A stretch of DNA of 64,000 nucleotides from the human T2T-CHM13v2.0 reference genome, Homo sapiens. The number at the start of each line of letters is the position of its first letter. Positions within the stretch are counted from its first letter, which is position 1. Position numbers and translations under genes: made by a program. Below, one piece after another: positions 16,431 to 36,245 of this stretch. The DNA lies in assembly GCF_009914755.1 (NCBI RefSeq), contig NC_060932.1. The stretch is one strand, 5' to 3'. The notes beneath the pieces were generated by a model. The model did no database searches. It saw only the letters and a program-made list of their open reading frames with translations, and was not told the DNA's origin.

Positions 16431-18449
16431 ATAAAGATTTAAAAAGTGGTTCATTCCTTTGCCTTTGGGTCCTATCATCTCTTGTTGACTTTGAGGTTGG
16501 TTTGTGGGCAAGAGCTTTGTTGATGAGGACACTTGTTTTCTAAACATAGTTACACAAGAGTTTTGCCTGGGAAATTTAAAAATAATTCAGACTCCCATTT
16601 CAAACTTGGAGAATAAAAAGTTTTGGAGCTAGTATCCAATAATCTATTTCTAATTAGCTGTCTGAGTGATTATTAAACAGCTAGACTTAGATAGATTCCA
16701 GCACAGGGCCCTTGAAACTGATGGTTGTTCTGTCTATCTATACTATTTTTTCCAAGTCTGTCATGTATTTAGCATTTAAAACACACCTGAATTTGTAATA
16801 GCCACATACAAGTGCTCATGGCCCCGTGTGGCTAGTGGCTATTATATTGAATAGTACAGATCTGTTTAGAAAATTGCTCAATGATCAGTGTTTAGTTTGG
16901 TGTGCATTTTGGACTTTTGATATGCAATTTGATCTTTGGCATCAGGTTGTATACTTCATGCCTCCCCACTCCCCTTCCCATCAAAGCAGGGTCTCACAAA
17001 GACTGGCCATTCACCTTGGGAGGGACTGGTTAAGAATGTATGTTATCCAAAATCCATTTATGTTGTTAAAAAAATAACATTAACCACATTTTGCATTCCA
17101 TCAGTAGGGATGTGGATGTAACAATTGATTTTTTTTGGCTGCTTTTATTGATTTGTTGAAGATTGTAATCACTTTGAGCTATCTTGAAATTTAAAGTCTT
17201 TTTAGTCTATTATGTTAATTTTTGGCTTATTGTAGAATGCTTAATTCTGATGTAGAGGTAATTAGCAAGCTTTTGTTGGGCATATGTGAAAGTTGTTGGG
17301 CATGTGGCTAGAGGCTATCATATTGAACAGTGATACGCTTTCAATGTGCTCAGAAAATTGCTCAGCTAAGTATAAGTGGGTGGTTTGATATGGATTTTGA
17401 ACATGCCAGAAACTCCCTTCTCAAGTAAGAGGGAGGAAATTTAAAGCCTAAAAAGATAGAGAAAATATACAATCTATTGTAGAGACAGAATGTGAATTTG
17501 GGAATAACATTTTTATATTTTCTCAGCCACACTTTAATTAAAGTGTAAGCACCTTTAGTAAAAATAAGAAAATAGTAAGATCAGGTTCAACTTTGGAGCT
17601 AAAAGGAAAGCTGTGTAAGATGGAGAGCACAGAGGTTGAGGTCTCAAATCTGCCATCCTTGCTGTTTCCTTTTAAAGTGGAAATAGCACTGATCTCACAT
17701 GAGCATTGAGGTTAACTTAGATTTCATGAAAGGTAATAACATTTGTCTATTATAAATTTTATATAATATTATATATATATAAACCGTAGCTGTGTGTTAG
17801 TCTTCAGGGCAAAAAGCTTCCCTTTCGATTTTTGGAGGTCCACTTTCCTGTGTTCTCTCTCACTGTCTGTCTCTCTCTCCTGCATGCATTTGCCTCCCCA
17901 GTCCTGCCCCACCCATAAAAGGATGATTAAGATACTTTTGTTTGGGAAAGTTTTACATTGAAGACCTTTCAGAAGTTATTTGAATGTCTGGGTTTGTATT
18001 TCTTCTCATCTTTTCTAGTGAAGTAACAGTCTTGACTTCTTCATCTGAATGTCCTATAGATTTTTTTCTTGATATGAATGATGCTGCTCCCTCTTCCTAG
18101 AGCCCCTGCCATGGTCTGGCTGTCCTTGTCCTTCCTAGCTCAGTTACAAGGCCCAGTACCAGGTATGCTTTTGGGAGGCTCCCTTGCTCCCTGCCGACCC
18201 GCTTCCTGTCAGGGAATTGACTGCTACTTCCTCTGGGTTGCTCCTAGGTCTTTGCTTGGCTAGCATTTAATAAGTTATACTCCAGCTTTGTGTCTGTGAC
18301 TTCGTCCCCTTGTTCTTTCAGAACCACGTCTTTGTATCTCCTGTACAGTTATCCTGGCAGTTACTGGATAAATGTGTGACTTAAGCTTCATGACTTTAGA
18401 TAGGTCACTTAAGCACTGAGACCTAGTCTCCTCAGCTTTAAAATGTGGC

Positions 18450-19320
18450 TTTCTGCCTCTTGACTTTCACTGATGTCGTCAATAAAGTTGCAGTTGCCAA
18501 ATCAGATGGCTGGGTTTGGACTTTGTGTCCTATGACATTAGACAGTGACCACTGCTTCTTGACCCTCCAGGTCTACTCATTCTTATGCTTCTTAAAAGAT
18601 TGATCCTCTGCCACTCTTGGTACTTGGCCTTGGATGTGTCCTTTGCAGGTCTTTAGGATTCTGCCTTATGTCTTGTCTTTCTGTAGCTTTACTTCAGCTG
18701 TGTCCATCACTTCCAGATTCACATTTGTCTTGATGACTCCAGACCAGTCTTCCCAAACCACATGTGGAGTGTGCACACGTGTCCCCTGGGTGGTCTCAAA
18801 CTAAGCATATCCGAGGTGGAATTCATTCTTCCCCTGGAACTACTCTTCCTCTCTGCATTTCCCAATCTCGATTAATGTTGTCATCATCCATGAACGTTCC
18901 CATTTTTTAATCCCCCCTCATCTGGTGACTGGTCCTGACAGATCCAGTCCCAAGTACTCTTTGAATTTGTCCTCTCTTCCATCCTCCAGCAGCTCCAGGC
19001 CTTCCTTTCTCACGGGGACTGGAATGGCAGCCTCCTGACCTGCTGCTCCTGCACACTCAGTGTCCCGTTCCTTCCTTTGTGGAAGCAGAGGGCCAGTCAC
19101 ATCACTTTCTTATTTTAAAAATCTTCAATGGTTTTGTCATCACTAAGGGCTCAAATGCCTTGGCATGGTATACAAAGCCCCTCACTTCTGAACCATCCAC
19201 CTTCCAGCTTCATCTTTCAAGATCCCTTTCCACTCTGTGCTCATTTGAGCTTTCATGTCCAAGTGCTTCCTTCACGTTGTTTTCTTCATTAGAATGCTCT
19301 TTCCCTTATTGTCCAACACA
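18450..19320 (+). mobile_element. L2 LINE fragment
   Basis: Pyrimidine-rich L2 3' motifs (gttgccaaatc, tctcaaactaagcatatcc, tcttcaatggttt, ccttggcatgg..tacaaagccc); boundaries approximate. Confidence 0.55.
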
Positions 19321-19628
19321 GTGGTTCTCACACCTTGAGGATTATGGGAACTTGTGTTTTATTTTTTAATATATACTTTCGGTCCTATTCCCCCAAAGAT
19401 TTTGATTCAGTATCTGGGTTGAGGCCTGTTCTCATTTTATCTGAAAGATGGCAATGTTGAAAGAGGTGATTACAAAAATTTTATAAAATTCTACAGATAC
19501 GTTGTCCTAGAATGCTTCTAAGTAATTACACTGTGTTTTGTAGTGTAAAAATATATAGAAATTGATAGTGGGAGGGAGAGCATCTCAGTGGTTACGGAGA
19601 TCAACTGGAGTGGAATCTGCTGCTCTGA

Positions 19629-20000
<372 letters not shown>

Positions 20001-20149
20001 TAATGTTGGGTTGAGTTTCTTCTGTATATGCTTGTGTTTTCTGTTATATTCTTGAGTCATCCTAAGCTATGATTGAGAGTTGTGCATGTTTAGATTTCCC
20101 GTGTTTGCCCATAGTAGATGCTCAGTGAATTTTTGTTAATTAAGAGCTA

Positions 20150-24255
<4,106 letters not shown>

Positions 24256-24256
24256 C

Positions 24257-25313
24257 TAACAAGAATGTCAGCCTGTCTGTTGAAGCTTTCAAACCAGGCA
24301 TTGACTTCTCTTCTATAGCTAGGAAACGTCTGAATGGCGTCTTCTTCCAATAGGAGGCTGTTTGATCTACACTGAAAATCCGTTATTTGGTGTAGCCACC
24401 TTTATCTGTCATCTTAGTAAGATCTTCTGGATAACTTGCTGCAGCTGTTACCTCAGCACTTGCTGCTTCACCTTGCATTTTTGTGTTCTGGAGATAGCTT
24501 CTTTTCTTAAACGTCATAACAGCACCTGTTAGCTTCAAAATTTTCTTCTGCAGTTTCACCTCTCTCAGCCTTTATAGAATTGAAGAAGTTAGGGTCTTGA
24601 TGTGGACTAGGCTTTAGCTTAAGGGAATGTTGTGGCTGGTTTGAGCTTCTATCCATATGATTAAACTTTATATTAGCAATAAGGCTGTTTTGCTTTCTTA
24701 TCTGTTGTGTGTTCAGTGGAATAGCACTTTTAATTTTTTCCAAGAACTTTTTATTTTGCATTCACAACATGACTGGTGCAAGAGGCCTAGCTTTCAGCCT
24801 GTCTCTGCTTTTGGCATGCCTTCCTCACCAAGCTTAATGATTTCTAGCTTTTGATTTAACGTGAGACCTGGGACTCTTCCCTTTCATTTGAACACACAGG
24901 GGCCATTGTAGGGTTATTAATTGGCCTAATTTTAATGATTGTTGTGTCTCAGGGAATGAGGAGGCCCCAAAAGAGGGAGCGAGATGGGGAATTGGCTGGT
25001 CGGTGGAGCAGTCAGAACACACACAACATTGATCAATTAAGTTTGCTATCTCAGGTGGGCACGGTTTGCGGTCCCACCGCAAATAATTACAGTCATAACA
25101 TCAAAGATTGCTGATCACAGACTACTATAACAGGCATAATCATAGTAAAAATTGGAAATATTGTGAGAATTACCAAAATGTGACTTGAAGGGAGTATATG
25201 GGACTAGAAAAATAGTGCTAACCGTCTGACACAGTGCAGGGTTGCCACAAACCTTCAAGTTGGAAAAAACTCAGTATCTGCAAAGCACAGTGCAATGAAA
25301 CGAGTTATGCTTG
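24257..25313 (-). mobile_element. Tigger1 DNA transposon, 5' part with transposase remnant
   Basis: Tigger1 text (gaagctttcaaaccaggcattgacttctc, ggataacttgctgcagc; peptide [18 protein letters not shown]); TIR-like end ...aacgagttatgcttg followed by TA. Confidence 0.88.
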
Positions 25314-25346
25314 TATTACTATTTTTACCTGCTTCTGTTTGGTCTT

Positions 25347-25812
<466 letters not shown>

Positions 25813-28761
25813 AGGGTAATGGAATAGAGCTTAAACTGTGAAGTCAGACAGACCTGTATTCCACTGTGAGTGTGTTGGTGTTAGTGGCTGTATGACTTTG
25901 CACATGTTATGTAGCGCCTCTTAGCTTCATCTGTGAAGTAAAACTAGTGATAACTGTGAGGACTGAAATCCACTAAACTACAGGAAGTCCATGACACAAA
26001 AGCTAGTCATTGTGAACGTGGAAAGTTGCTCAGGGTCCGTCGTCTGTTAATACCATCATCCAGTTGGTAATTCAGATTGGAAATTTTTGTGTTTTAGTCT
26101 CCTTTTTAGCATTTATCATACAATGCTGAAATAACCTATTTATGTCTTTTTCTCTAGACGGGAAGCTCTCTGAGGGTAGACTGTCTTATTGACTCTTGTA
26201 TTTCTAGTGTTCAGTATAGTGTCTTTCAGAAAGTAGATATTCAGTAAAGATTACTTGAATAATTGAGATGTTTTTCAACCTTTGTTAAACCTGTACTCTT
26301 TTTTGCTAAAAGTAAATTTTATACCTGCCTTTAGTGTTACTTGAAGTTTAAAATAAAGTAAAAGGTGGTATCTAAAAACAAGCTGATGTTTTGTAATAAA
26401 GCACTATCTCATTTTCAAAGTGCTTATTAAATAACTTAAAAGATTATGATGCATAGCCCATGGGGTTTCATTCTACCTGACTCCATTCCTTGGAGAATCA
26501 GCCAGTGGATAAATTGCCCGGAAACAACGTTGAGTTTTGATGTCAGTTAGGATACTGACTAGACCTTAGGTTTCCTCAACTCGGAAATGATGAAAGTTGA
26601 ATTATAATAGACTTTTAAGATATTACTCTCTTTAATTTTTGTCTTATTAATAATAATTAATAATACAGTGCTTACTGCGTGCCAGCTAACCCAGTCAACA
26701 CTTTTCATGTATTATGTCTTAATTCTGAAAAATCTTTAGTGACTACTATGTTTATTATAGGCATTTTACCAATGCGAACAAGCAGAGTAGCTCAGGACAG
26801 GAAATTATGAAGAATATCACCAGCGCAATCATTGAGTAGAAAATAACTTGATGCTTGTCGTGGAGGTCAGTGAAATAGAGGCGAATGCAGATTCACTCTC
26901 TACTGCTAAACTTGGATTGTTGCAGTAACAAAGACTTACACAGAAGGAGGCTGTCCAGATATTATGCTGCACCCCAAAGATGGCCAAACCTATCATCTGA
27001 GTGGTGACACCAGAAAAAGGGGGCATCACCTTAAGGTGAAATAAAGCACCAAAGCATTGTTTGAGAAATAAGACCCTTAACTTCTAAACTTGGGATATGT
27101 CCCTTATGTTCCAAGAAATTGACTCATAATGAAGGAAAATTTTTCCTCCTGGAGTCCTCAAAAGTGTTTTTTCCTTCTTTAGGATAAGTACCTGGAATGA
27201 GTTCTCTCTATTTAAAAAGCCCTTAAAGGTATCTAGCAGTCCTTGTCAGCATTTTCACATAAGGGCTGTTGGTGAACTGATAGTGTTGGCAATAAATAGA
27301 AAGTGGATCATTAGTTTTGAAAAGTGTACTTTAACTCTGTGTTTTAAGCTGTCTTTTGTTTCCATTTATACTCATTTAGGTTATTCTGCTTCCTCAAAGC
27401 CCTCTGATTAATAGTACTCCAGGCCAATGTTATGTTCTCAGTGTGTGTGTATGTGTGTACACATGTGTGTTGGGGGGAGAGAAATAGATAGACTGACCTA
27501 TTCTGTACAGTGGATCAAATAAGTTTCTTCTACTGGCCTGCCTTGGAGCCTATTACTGATTTATAATATTTCTGTGGAAAAAATGTGTTCAAAATTTTTA
27601 ATAAATGTTCTACATTGAAGGTGCCAGTTATTCCATAAGGTTTAAATTTAGAAGTAATTTTAATTGTAGGTTAACATCCTTATTAATAATGTAAATAGTA
27701 CATAATGATTTGAAAATTTTATTATACATTGTTCTTGTCACCAAAGGGGAAAGTTGAGAGTGTGCGTGTTCATACGTGTGTATATGTGCGTGTGTGTCTG
27801 TGTGCACATGCACAGATACATATAATCTCTGGGATAGTTTTGATTTATTTTAATCAGAGACATTCTAACCGTGTTTTGCCTGCATTTTGTGAAATGAGTG
27901 GATAAATTAGTTCTCTCATTTAATGGCAGATTTTTAGAATATTTAAATAATAGAAAATATTGTGTCATGTTAGCCAGAATGTTTTGTAGATACATCACAG
28001 CAAATTAACGAATGACTAGATTTATATAAGCAAGTTTATTTGACTTGAGTCATCATGTGTTGAGAATAGATTTGAGTACTTTTTTTTTTTAGTAAATTCT
28101 AATATTTAGTAGTTTTTGTTGTTTTTTGAGTCATTGTTAAAAAGGTAAAGACAAGAGTACAAGGCTGGTATTGGAGAAATTAGTTTGGGAGAACAACTGA
28201 TGTTCTGTCAGGGCTGTTCTGAAATTCATCCTAATTACTGTTTGTTTTTATCTTTGTGCCTTGAGTTATGAAGAAAGCTGTAATCCCTGAGCCACGTAAT
28301 GCTGCACAGCTTCCATGCAGCCAAGAGACAGTGCTGCGTAGTGCTGTGCATGGCTTTAGGGCTTGGTATTTTTGTTTTTTTTTTTTTGGTTTTTTTTTCC
28401 CAGATCTTCTGGAGCCTGTGTATGGGACCCCTTTGTTGGGTGTTCACAGAATTTTAGGCTTTGGAGGTTTTATTTTTTATTTTTATCTGGGAATGCTCCT
28501 ATAAATATTCTTTAGCCTAAATCATTAACTTGATGTTTGTGACTGGGTATCTCTCTTCTAATTGTGCTTTCTTTTTACAGGCATGCCTTACATTTTCTTG
28601 TACAAAGTGGAATTTCCTACTGTATCATGATCCTAATAGGAGTGGAGAACATATATAAGTATTTACTTTGTTCACGTAGAAATATGTATTTCACTTTGAT
28701 ATAATTGGATCAGAGTAGAATTTTATTACATTAAAGTAATTCTGAATTGTGATAACTTTTT

Positions 28762-29053
28762 TTTTTTTTTTGAGATGGAGTTTCACTCTTGTCATCCAGG
28801 CTGGAGTGCAGTGGCGTGAGCTCAACTCATTGCAACCTCCACCTCCTGAGTTCAAGCGATTCTCCTGCGTAAGCCTCCTGAGTAGCTGGGATTACAGGCA
28901 CCTGCCACCACGCCCAGCTAATTTTTGTGTTTTTAGTAGAGATGGTGTTTCACCATGCTGGCCAGGCTGTTCTTGAACGCCTGACCTCAGGTGATCTGCC
29001 TGCCTCGGCCTCCCAAAGTGCTGGGATTACTGGTGTGAGCCACCATACCCGGC
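28762..29053 (-). mobile_element. AluS element
   Basis: Full Alu with poly-T; TSD tgtgataacttttt at 28748 and 29054. Confidence 0.95.
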
Positions 29054-29133
29054 TGTGATAACTTTTTAAAGAAGAATTGCCATAAATACAAAAATAAAAT
29101 CATTGGTATGTATCATTCCTCTTTTTACTTAAA

Positions 29134-29350
29134 GCAGAGGTTTTTAACCTCAGCACTGTTGATATTTTGGAATGGATAATTCTTTGACATTTAGGACTAA
29201 CCTGTGCATTGTAGGACGTTAAGTTGCATTACTAGCTTCTACTCACTAGATGGTAGTAGCACTTGGAATTGTAACAACCATTAATGTATCTAGTTATTTT
29301 CATATGTGCCTTGGAGGAGCAAAATTGCCTCCTGTTAAGAACCACAGACT
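29134..29350. mobile_element. MER20 (hAT-Charlie MITE)
   Basis: cagaggtttttaacctcagcactgttgatattttgg...cctgtgcattgtagga...gcaaaattgcctcctgttaagaaccac. Confidence 0.75.
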
Positions 29351-30404
29351 TATAGTATGTAGGCGATGGCAGTGGAGAGATGTAGTGAAATTAGTAGATT
29401 GGAGAGAGATTTAAAAGGACTGAGTGATGGCTGGGAAAGTACAGATAGAAAATAAGGTGTCAAGGATGGACTCCTGTGTTTCTGGTTTGAACAACAGGGT
29501 AGATGGAAGCACTGTTTTCTGAGGTAGGGAGCCCTAAAAGTGGAGAGCTTGTTCAGGGGATAGAGTATTTCAAGGTGGTAAATATGTAGCCCCTAAACAG
29601 TGCTTGGTATGTAGTAAACACTCAATTTTTGCTGAGTAAGTGAAGGCTGACTTTAAGGTATCTGTGAGACATAAAATAGGAGATAGGTAGCTAAGGAATC
29701 ATGCAGTAGGAGCTAGGTAGCTGGACCAGAGATGTAAATTTGGGAATAGAGATGGGTAAATGTACTTGGTTGAAAACTCAGGGATAGGGTATACCAGCAG
29801 ACCCTACTGGAGTATTCTGTAGTATCTGAGCTGTGATATATGACATGTGCACCATATTTCTGAATTCTGAAACACATATATCTGTAAGAGTTTTGCATAA
29901 GGAATCAGACCTATGGCTTTTATTAGCCTTTCAGTCTCGTTCTATTTTGCATCTTCTGTGTTTGGCACTGTTAGTCACCCCCTCTGTTGTAATGTACTGT
30001 CTTCTCAATTTCCATTGATACTGCCTGTAATGACTTTTCTCTTCTGTAAACCAACACTTACAAGTTTTTGATATTTTGATTTTAATATTTATAAGAGGAG
30101 AAAGAATATTTAGATGTCGTTTCAGAGGAAGCAATTTTTATACCATTATGACCCTATTTTTAAAATCTTGTACAGATGACAGGTTCACGGTGATGCTGCA
30201 GTTAGTATCTGATGAAAAAGTTATGAATCAGGTTTAGATTAGATTACTGTAAACGGAGGATTTATATATTACTGGCTAAAGCAAAAGTAACATCATGCTT
30301 TTCAGTTGGAAGGCTAGTAAATTCTTGTTTAGGAATAGGAAATTATTTCTTTTTCTGAAAGGCAATTGCAGTCTGTGAAGTTAACTTTATAATAATTTAG
30401 ACCT

Positions 30405-30853
<449 letters not shown>

Positions 30854-31073
30854 GAGACTTACAGTTGTATAAAATTAATGTTACTCTTTTACAGTAAGTA
30901 TTCAGGGAGAAAATGCTACTTGTTTATATGCTGCTGATATTTAGAATAGAATCTCCGTGTTGGGATTTGACTGTTGATGGAACAGATTAGGGTAGGTAAG
31001 ATTTGCCATATGGATGAATTGCTTGTGTTAGCAATAAATAGCAGGTGGATAATTAATTTGAAAAGTGTATATT

Positions 31074-31400
<327 letters not shown>

Positions 31401-32109
31401 TGAAAAGTGTATATTTTAATATCTTTTTGATGTCTTTTCTATTTTAGTTTATAGCCATATATATATTTTTCTGTTTGACTTTTTCTTTCTTATGTTCTTC
31501 TTATCTGTATATGCTCATTTTCTTTCTACTTAGGCCTTGGTAGTAATTAAAAATGTTTAATCGGTCAGACCTTAAGAATTTCACTCAAATACACAAGATG
31601 GGACTTAGAGCATTACTATGTATTGTCCAGTTATTTTTTATGTACAATACCATCTATTTATTTTAGCCTAGTTTTACATGGTATATATAATATATTTCTT
31701 TGACCAGCCAGGGTTTAAATATTTCAGATGAAGGATTTGGACTTCTGTAAGTACTGAACAGTTTTTACATTCTGGCCTCTCTCTGCTTTATGATAGTTTT
31801 TGCTTTATGTTCTTTATGAGATGTTCATAATGTAGTTAATGCACGTGCTATAACAGACCCATGTGCAAATTAAAATATTTTAATACATATAAACTTAATT
31901 TTTATAGCTCCCTTTAATGCTTATGTGTATGCTTTAGTCTTCTGATCCATATCTGGATAATTTACCTCTAATCTATAGTCTACTTTAGAATTCAGTGCTT
32001 TTTCCTAGTCTGTATTTTCATGTACGTTTTGAGATTTTTGAGGAAAAAAATTGAACAATTTAGGTATTAGAGACAAAGAAAAGAGTATTTAGGAATAGAA
32101 TATCCTATA

Positions 32110-32458
32110 TGCCTTAGTTTGAGCTGCCTTAACAAAATATCATAAACTGTGTGTCTGAGAAACTAAAGAAATTTGTCTTTCCCAGTTTGGGAGTGTGGAC
32201 CCTCCAAGATCAAAGTGCTGAGCAATTTGGTGTCCGGCAAAGGCCTGCTTCTTTTTTCATAGTCACCATCTTCTTTTTAACCTCACATGGTAGAAGGGGC
32301 AGAATAGCTCTGGGTGTCTTCTCTAAGGGCACTAATTCCACTCGTGAGGGTTCTGCCCTCATGACCTAATCACCTCCAAAAGGACTCACCTCCAGGTATC
32401 CTCATATTGGGGATTAGGTTTCAAATATAAATTTTAAGGGAACACAAACACTCTGTGG
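32110..32458. mobile_element. MLT1A-type MaLR LTR
   Basis: ttagtttgagctgccttaacaaaatatcataaactg...ccaagatcaaagtgc...cctcacatggtagaagg...gccctcatgacctaatcacctcc. Confidence 0.78.
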
Positions 32459-32540
32459 CACTATATATTAAGACATTAATGCTTCTTAAGTAACAAAGCA
32501 GGAATTTAACTCTCACCATATTCACCCAGCATTTCTGAGA

Positions 32541-32740
32541 GCAGGTTTGGCAAACTATCTTTGTAAAGAACCAGATACTGAACTGTTAGCCTTGCAGGAC
32601 ATGCAGTCTGTGTCGCTGTTCCGGTCTGCTGTCATAGTGCAAATGTATATATACACAATATGTAAGCAAAGGAGCATGGCTGTGTTTCAGGAAAACTTTG
32701 TTTACAAAAACCGAAGGTGGATTGGATTTGGCAAATCTGT
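32541..32740. mobile_element. MER58A-type hAT MITE
   Basis: gcaggtttggcaaactatctttgtaaagaaccagata...gcatggctgtgtttcaggaaaactttgtttacaaaaac. Confidence 0.7.
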
Positions 32741-33029
32741 ATTATAAGTAGACTCCTGCCACAGGGATTTTTAAAAAGAGCAGGAGGCAGACAGTCACTT
32801 TTCCTACTAGCTTTAAAAATATAAGTTTAAGTTTGCTAAGTGGAAATTTTAAACCTGCTTTAGCACAAATAATGAAATATATGAAGTTTGTTTATTAATG
32901 ACCTATTATGAATTATTGTTCCAAAGCAGGTGATTTCTAAAAAGGTGGTTGAAATGTTTGCCTTCCTCTTGGTATAGCTTTTGTGTAAAAGGGAAGTAAA
33001 ATAATGCAGGGCATGAAGTTTAACATTTC

Positions 33030-34950
33030 AAGTGAGATGTATTTATTCAAAACAATATGAAAGAAGTAGTTAAATCACAGGATGTAAGAGCAATATGCAA
33101 AAATCAGTGTTGTGTCCATATAAAAGAAATGAATAGTCTAAAATTTTTAAAAATCTATTCACAATAGCATCAAAAAGAACAATATGCTTAGGAATAAATT
33201 TTAAAAAGAAGTGCAAGAGCTACACTGGAAATAAAAAGCATTGCTGAGAGAAATTAAAGAAGATCTATTAATAAATAAACAGAGGCATACACCATATTTA
33301 TGGGGGACTCAAATCTTGTTAAGACGGCAATTCTTCCACATTTGAGCAATAGGTTCATTGTAATCCCTGGCAGAATTCTAGCAGGATTTTTTTTTTTTTG
33401 AGACAGAGTCTTGCTCTGTCACCCAGGCTGGAGTGCAGGGGCACGATCTCAGCTCACTGCAACCTCCACCTCCCCTGGCTTCAAGTGATTTTATAGAAAT
33501 GAACAAGCTGATTCTAAAACTTAAATGGAAACACAAAGGATCTAGGATAGTTTAAAAAAAAAAAAAAACAGAGGAAAAAAGTTGAAGGGCTTACACTACC
33601 GCATTACAAAACTTACCATAAAGCTACAGTCATCAAGACAGTGTGCTAATAGTGTAGAGATAGACATGTTAATTAGTTGAGTAAAATATGGTCAAAGATT
33701 GTTGACAAATGTGCTAGGACAAGTCACTGGGGGAAGGATTATCTTTTCAACAGATGATGTGGTAACAATTGTATATATACACATGCAAACAAATAAATAA
33801 TAAATCTTGAGGTCCACCTCAGAACATACACAGAAATTAACTCAAAATAGACCAGAAACTTACAAGTGAGAAAAAACTGTACAACCTGTAGGAAAAAATA
33901 GGAGTAAATATTTTTGACATTGGATTAGCAAAGATATGACATTAAAAGATATGACATTATTTTTTTGAAGACATGACAAAATAAAAGGAAAATTAGTAGT
34001 TTGGACTTCATTAAAATAAAAAAAAAACTCTTATGAAGAAGACACCATTAACAAAATGAAAAAAACAAGCCATAGACTAGGATAAAATACTTGAAAAATT
34101 CATATCTGATAAAGTATTGTACCCAGAATATTTAAAGAACTAAATAAGCAACCCAGTAAGCAGACGGCAAAAGACTTGAATCGACATTTTATCAAAAAAG
34201 ATATATAAATGGAAAGTAAGCTTATGAAAAGATATACTCAGCACCATTAGTGATTGGCAAAATGCAAATAGAAACGAAAGTGAGATACCACTTCACATCC
34301 AGAAAGAGTGGCAGTACCAAGTGTGGGTGATGCTGTGGGAAAGTGGAACCCTCACATGTTGCTGGTGGGAATACAAAATGGAGCAGCCACTGAGGGAAAG
34401 AGTTTGTAGTTTCTTAAAAAGTTAAACTTTTACTTACCATAAAACCTAGTATTCTACTCCAAAATAAATGGAAACATATCCTCATGAAGACTTGTATGTG
34501 AATGGTTATGGCAGTATTGTTCATAATAGCCCAAATTGGAAACAACCCAAATGTTCATCAGCTATGAGTGAACTGTGGTACATCCACACAGTGGAATACT
34601 AGTGAACAGTGACAAGGAATGTGCCACGTGCCACAACATGGATAAATGCTCAACTCCACATGCTGAGTGAAAGAAGCTAGACACAAGACTAGTTTATATG
34701 ATCCCATTTATATGAAATTTCTACAAATGACAAAACTAGTGACAGCAAGTAAGTCAGTGGCTGCCCAGGGGCTAGAGGTAGGAGACAGGATTAACTGCGG
34801 ATGGGAATGAAGGAACTTTTGGGGTGATGGGAGGATTCTAAACTTGGACTGCAGTGTCAATTCACTAAAACACATTGAGTTGTACACTTAAATTAGGTGA
34901 GTTTTATGACATGTAAATCTACCTTGAAGCTGAAGAATAAAAGATAAATA
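33030..34950 (+). mobile_element. Old L1M ORF2 3' part and 3'UTR, with an antisense Alu fragment at ~33387-33490
   Basis: L1 motifs (aaaatcagt, gctacagtcatcaagacagtgtg, gagataccacttcacatcc, ggaaacaacccaaatgt, ggaactttttggggtgatgg). Confidence 0.8.
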
Positions 34951-35751
34951 TTATAAAGGGAGATGTAACGAGGAATATCAGTACTAAAATAAAATTGAGG
35001 CACAGCTTGAATGTTGGTTTAAGGATTTTGTATATTTGCTCATTTAAGCAAATGTATAGATGTTTATATGCATCTGTATTTTTTTGAGTTTAATTTTAAG
35101 AATGAAGGATCAAAAGGAACATTGACCTTCAAAAGAGGGTGCCCTTGAAGGAAGGAGATGTAGATGTTGAGGGGGAGGCATGATCCTTCACATGTTGGAA
35201 GGGAGTAGTTCTTTGGTGTGCTGAGATGGAGTACCACCTGATGAAATAAGAAAAGGTACACATGGCCCAAGGAAGGATGACCTTAGTTACAGTGAGAATA
35301 TTTAACAATGTGATTTGTGGAATATTGCATTTGTCATTGGAAATATATAAATAGATGCTGAGGGGACATTTTGTTTTGGATGCCGTAGGAGATTTTGCCA
35401 GGTGGCTTCTACATTCTCTTCTGGTGGTCATTCCTAACAAGCCACAGGGGGAGTTGCTGAGCCGCCGATGTCATCTGTTCAAGAGTGCCTTTCCCTTAAA
35501 TCCATAAAGAACTAAAGAAAATTGAAAAGTTCTATCATTTCAATATTGGTTTTTTCCCTTTTCTCTGCCTTTTATGCCTTAGTTCATCCATTCTTTCTCT
35601 TTGTTTTTTATCCCCCATCAAAACATGTGGAAGGGGAGTGGTAGCCGATTGTGTGTCCTGCTGACGGCTTTACTCCTGGAGAGGTGGTGGCACCTCATTG
35701 TATAAATAAACAAATGGAGACTGAGTTATTATGTATTTTGAGGCCATGTAG

Positions 35752-36245
35752 CTTAGGGGTCCTGGTCCCTGGCCTTTTAACAACCTGGTTGTACAGCAGG
35801 AGGTGGTGAGTGGGCATTAGAGCAGATTCATGTGTGTTTACAGCTGTTCCCCGTCATTCGCATTACGGCCTGAGCTCTGCCTACTGTCAGATCAGCAGTG
35901 GCATTAGATTCTCACAGGAGCGTGAACCCTGTTGTGAACATGCTTGTGGTGCATGCAGGGGATCTAGGTTGTGTGCTTCTTATGAGAATCTAATGACTGA
36001 TGATCTGTCACTATCTCCCATCACCCCCAGATGGGACAGTCTAGTTGCAGGGAAAGAAGCTGATGCCTCTCACTGATTCTACATTATGGTGAGTTGTATA
36101 ATTTCATTATATATTACAATGTAATAATAACAAAGTGCACAGTAAATGTAATGTGCTTGAATCATCCCAAAACCATCCCCTCCAACAATGAAGAAAAATT
36201 ATCTTCCACGAAACTGGTCCCTGGTGCCAAAAAGGCCGGGGTCTG
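35752..36245. mobile_element. MER1A (hAT-Charlie)
   Basis: gtcagatcagcagtggcattagattctcacaggagcgtgaaccct...ttatgagaatctaatg...aaactggtccctggtgccaaaaagg. Confidence 0.82.

Noticed and set aside
28380-28660. Acceptor-like sites (ttttttcccag near 28402, ctttttacag at 28580) as possible host-gene exons
   Set aside because: No convincing donor or recognisable peptide; cannot be supported from sequence alone.
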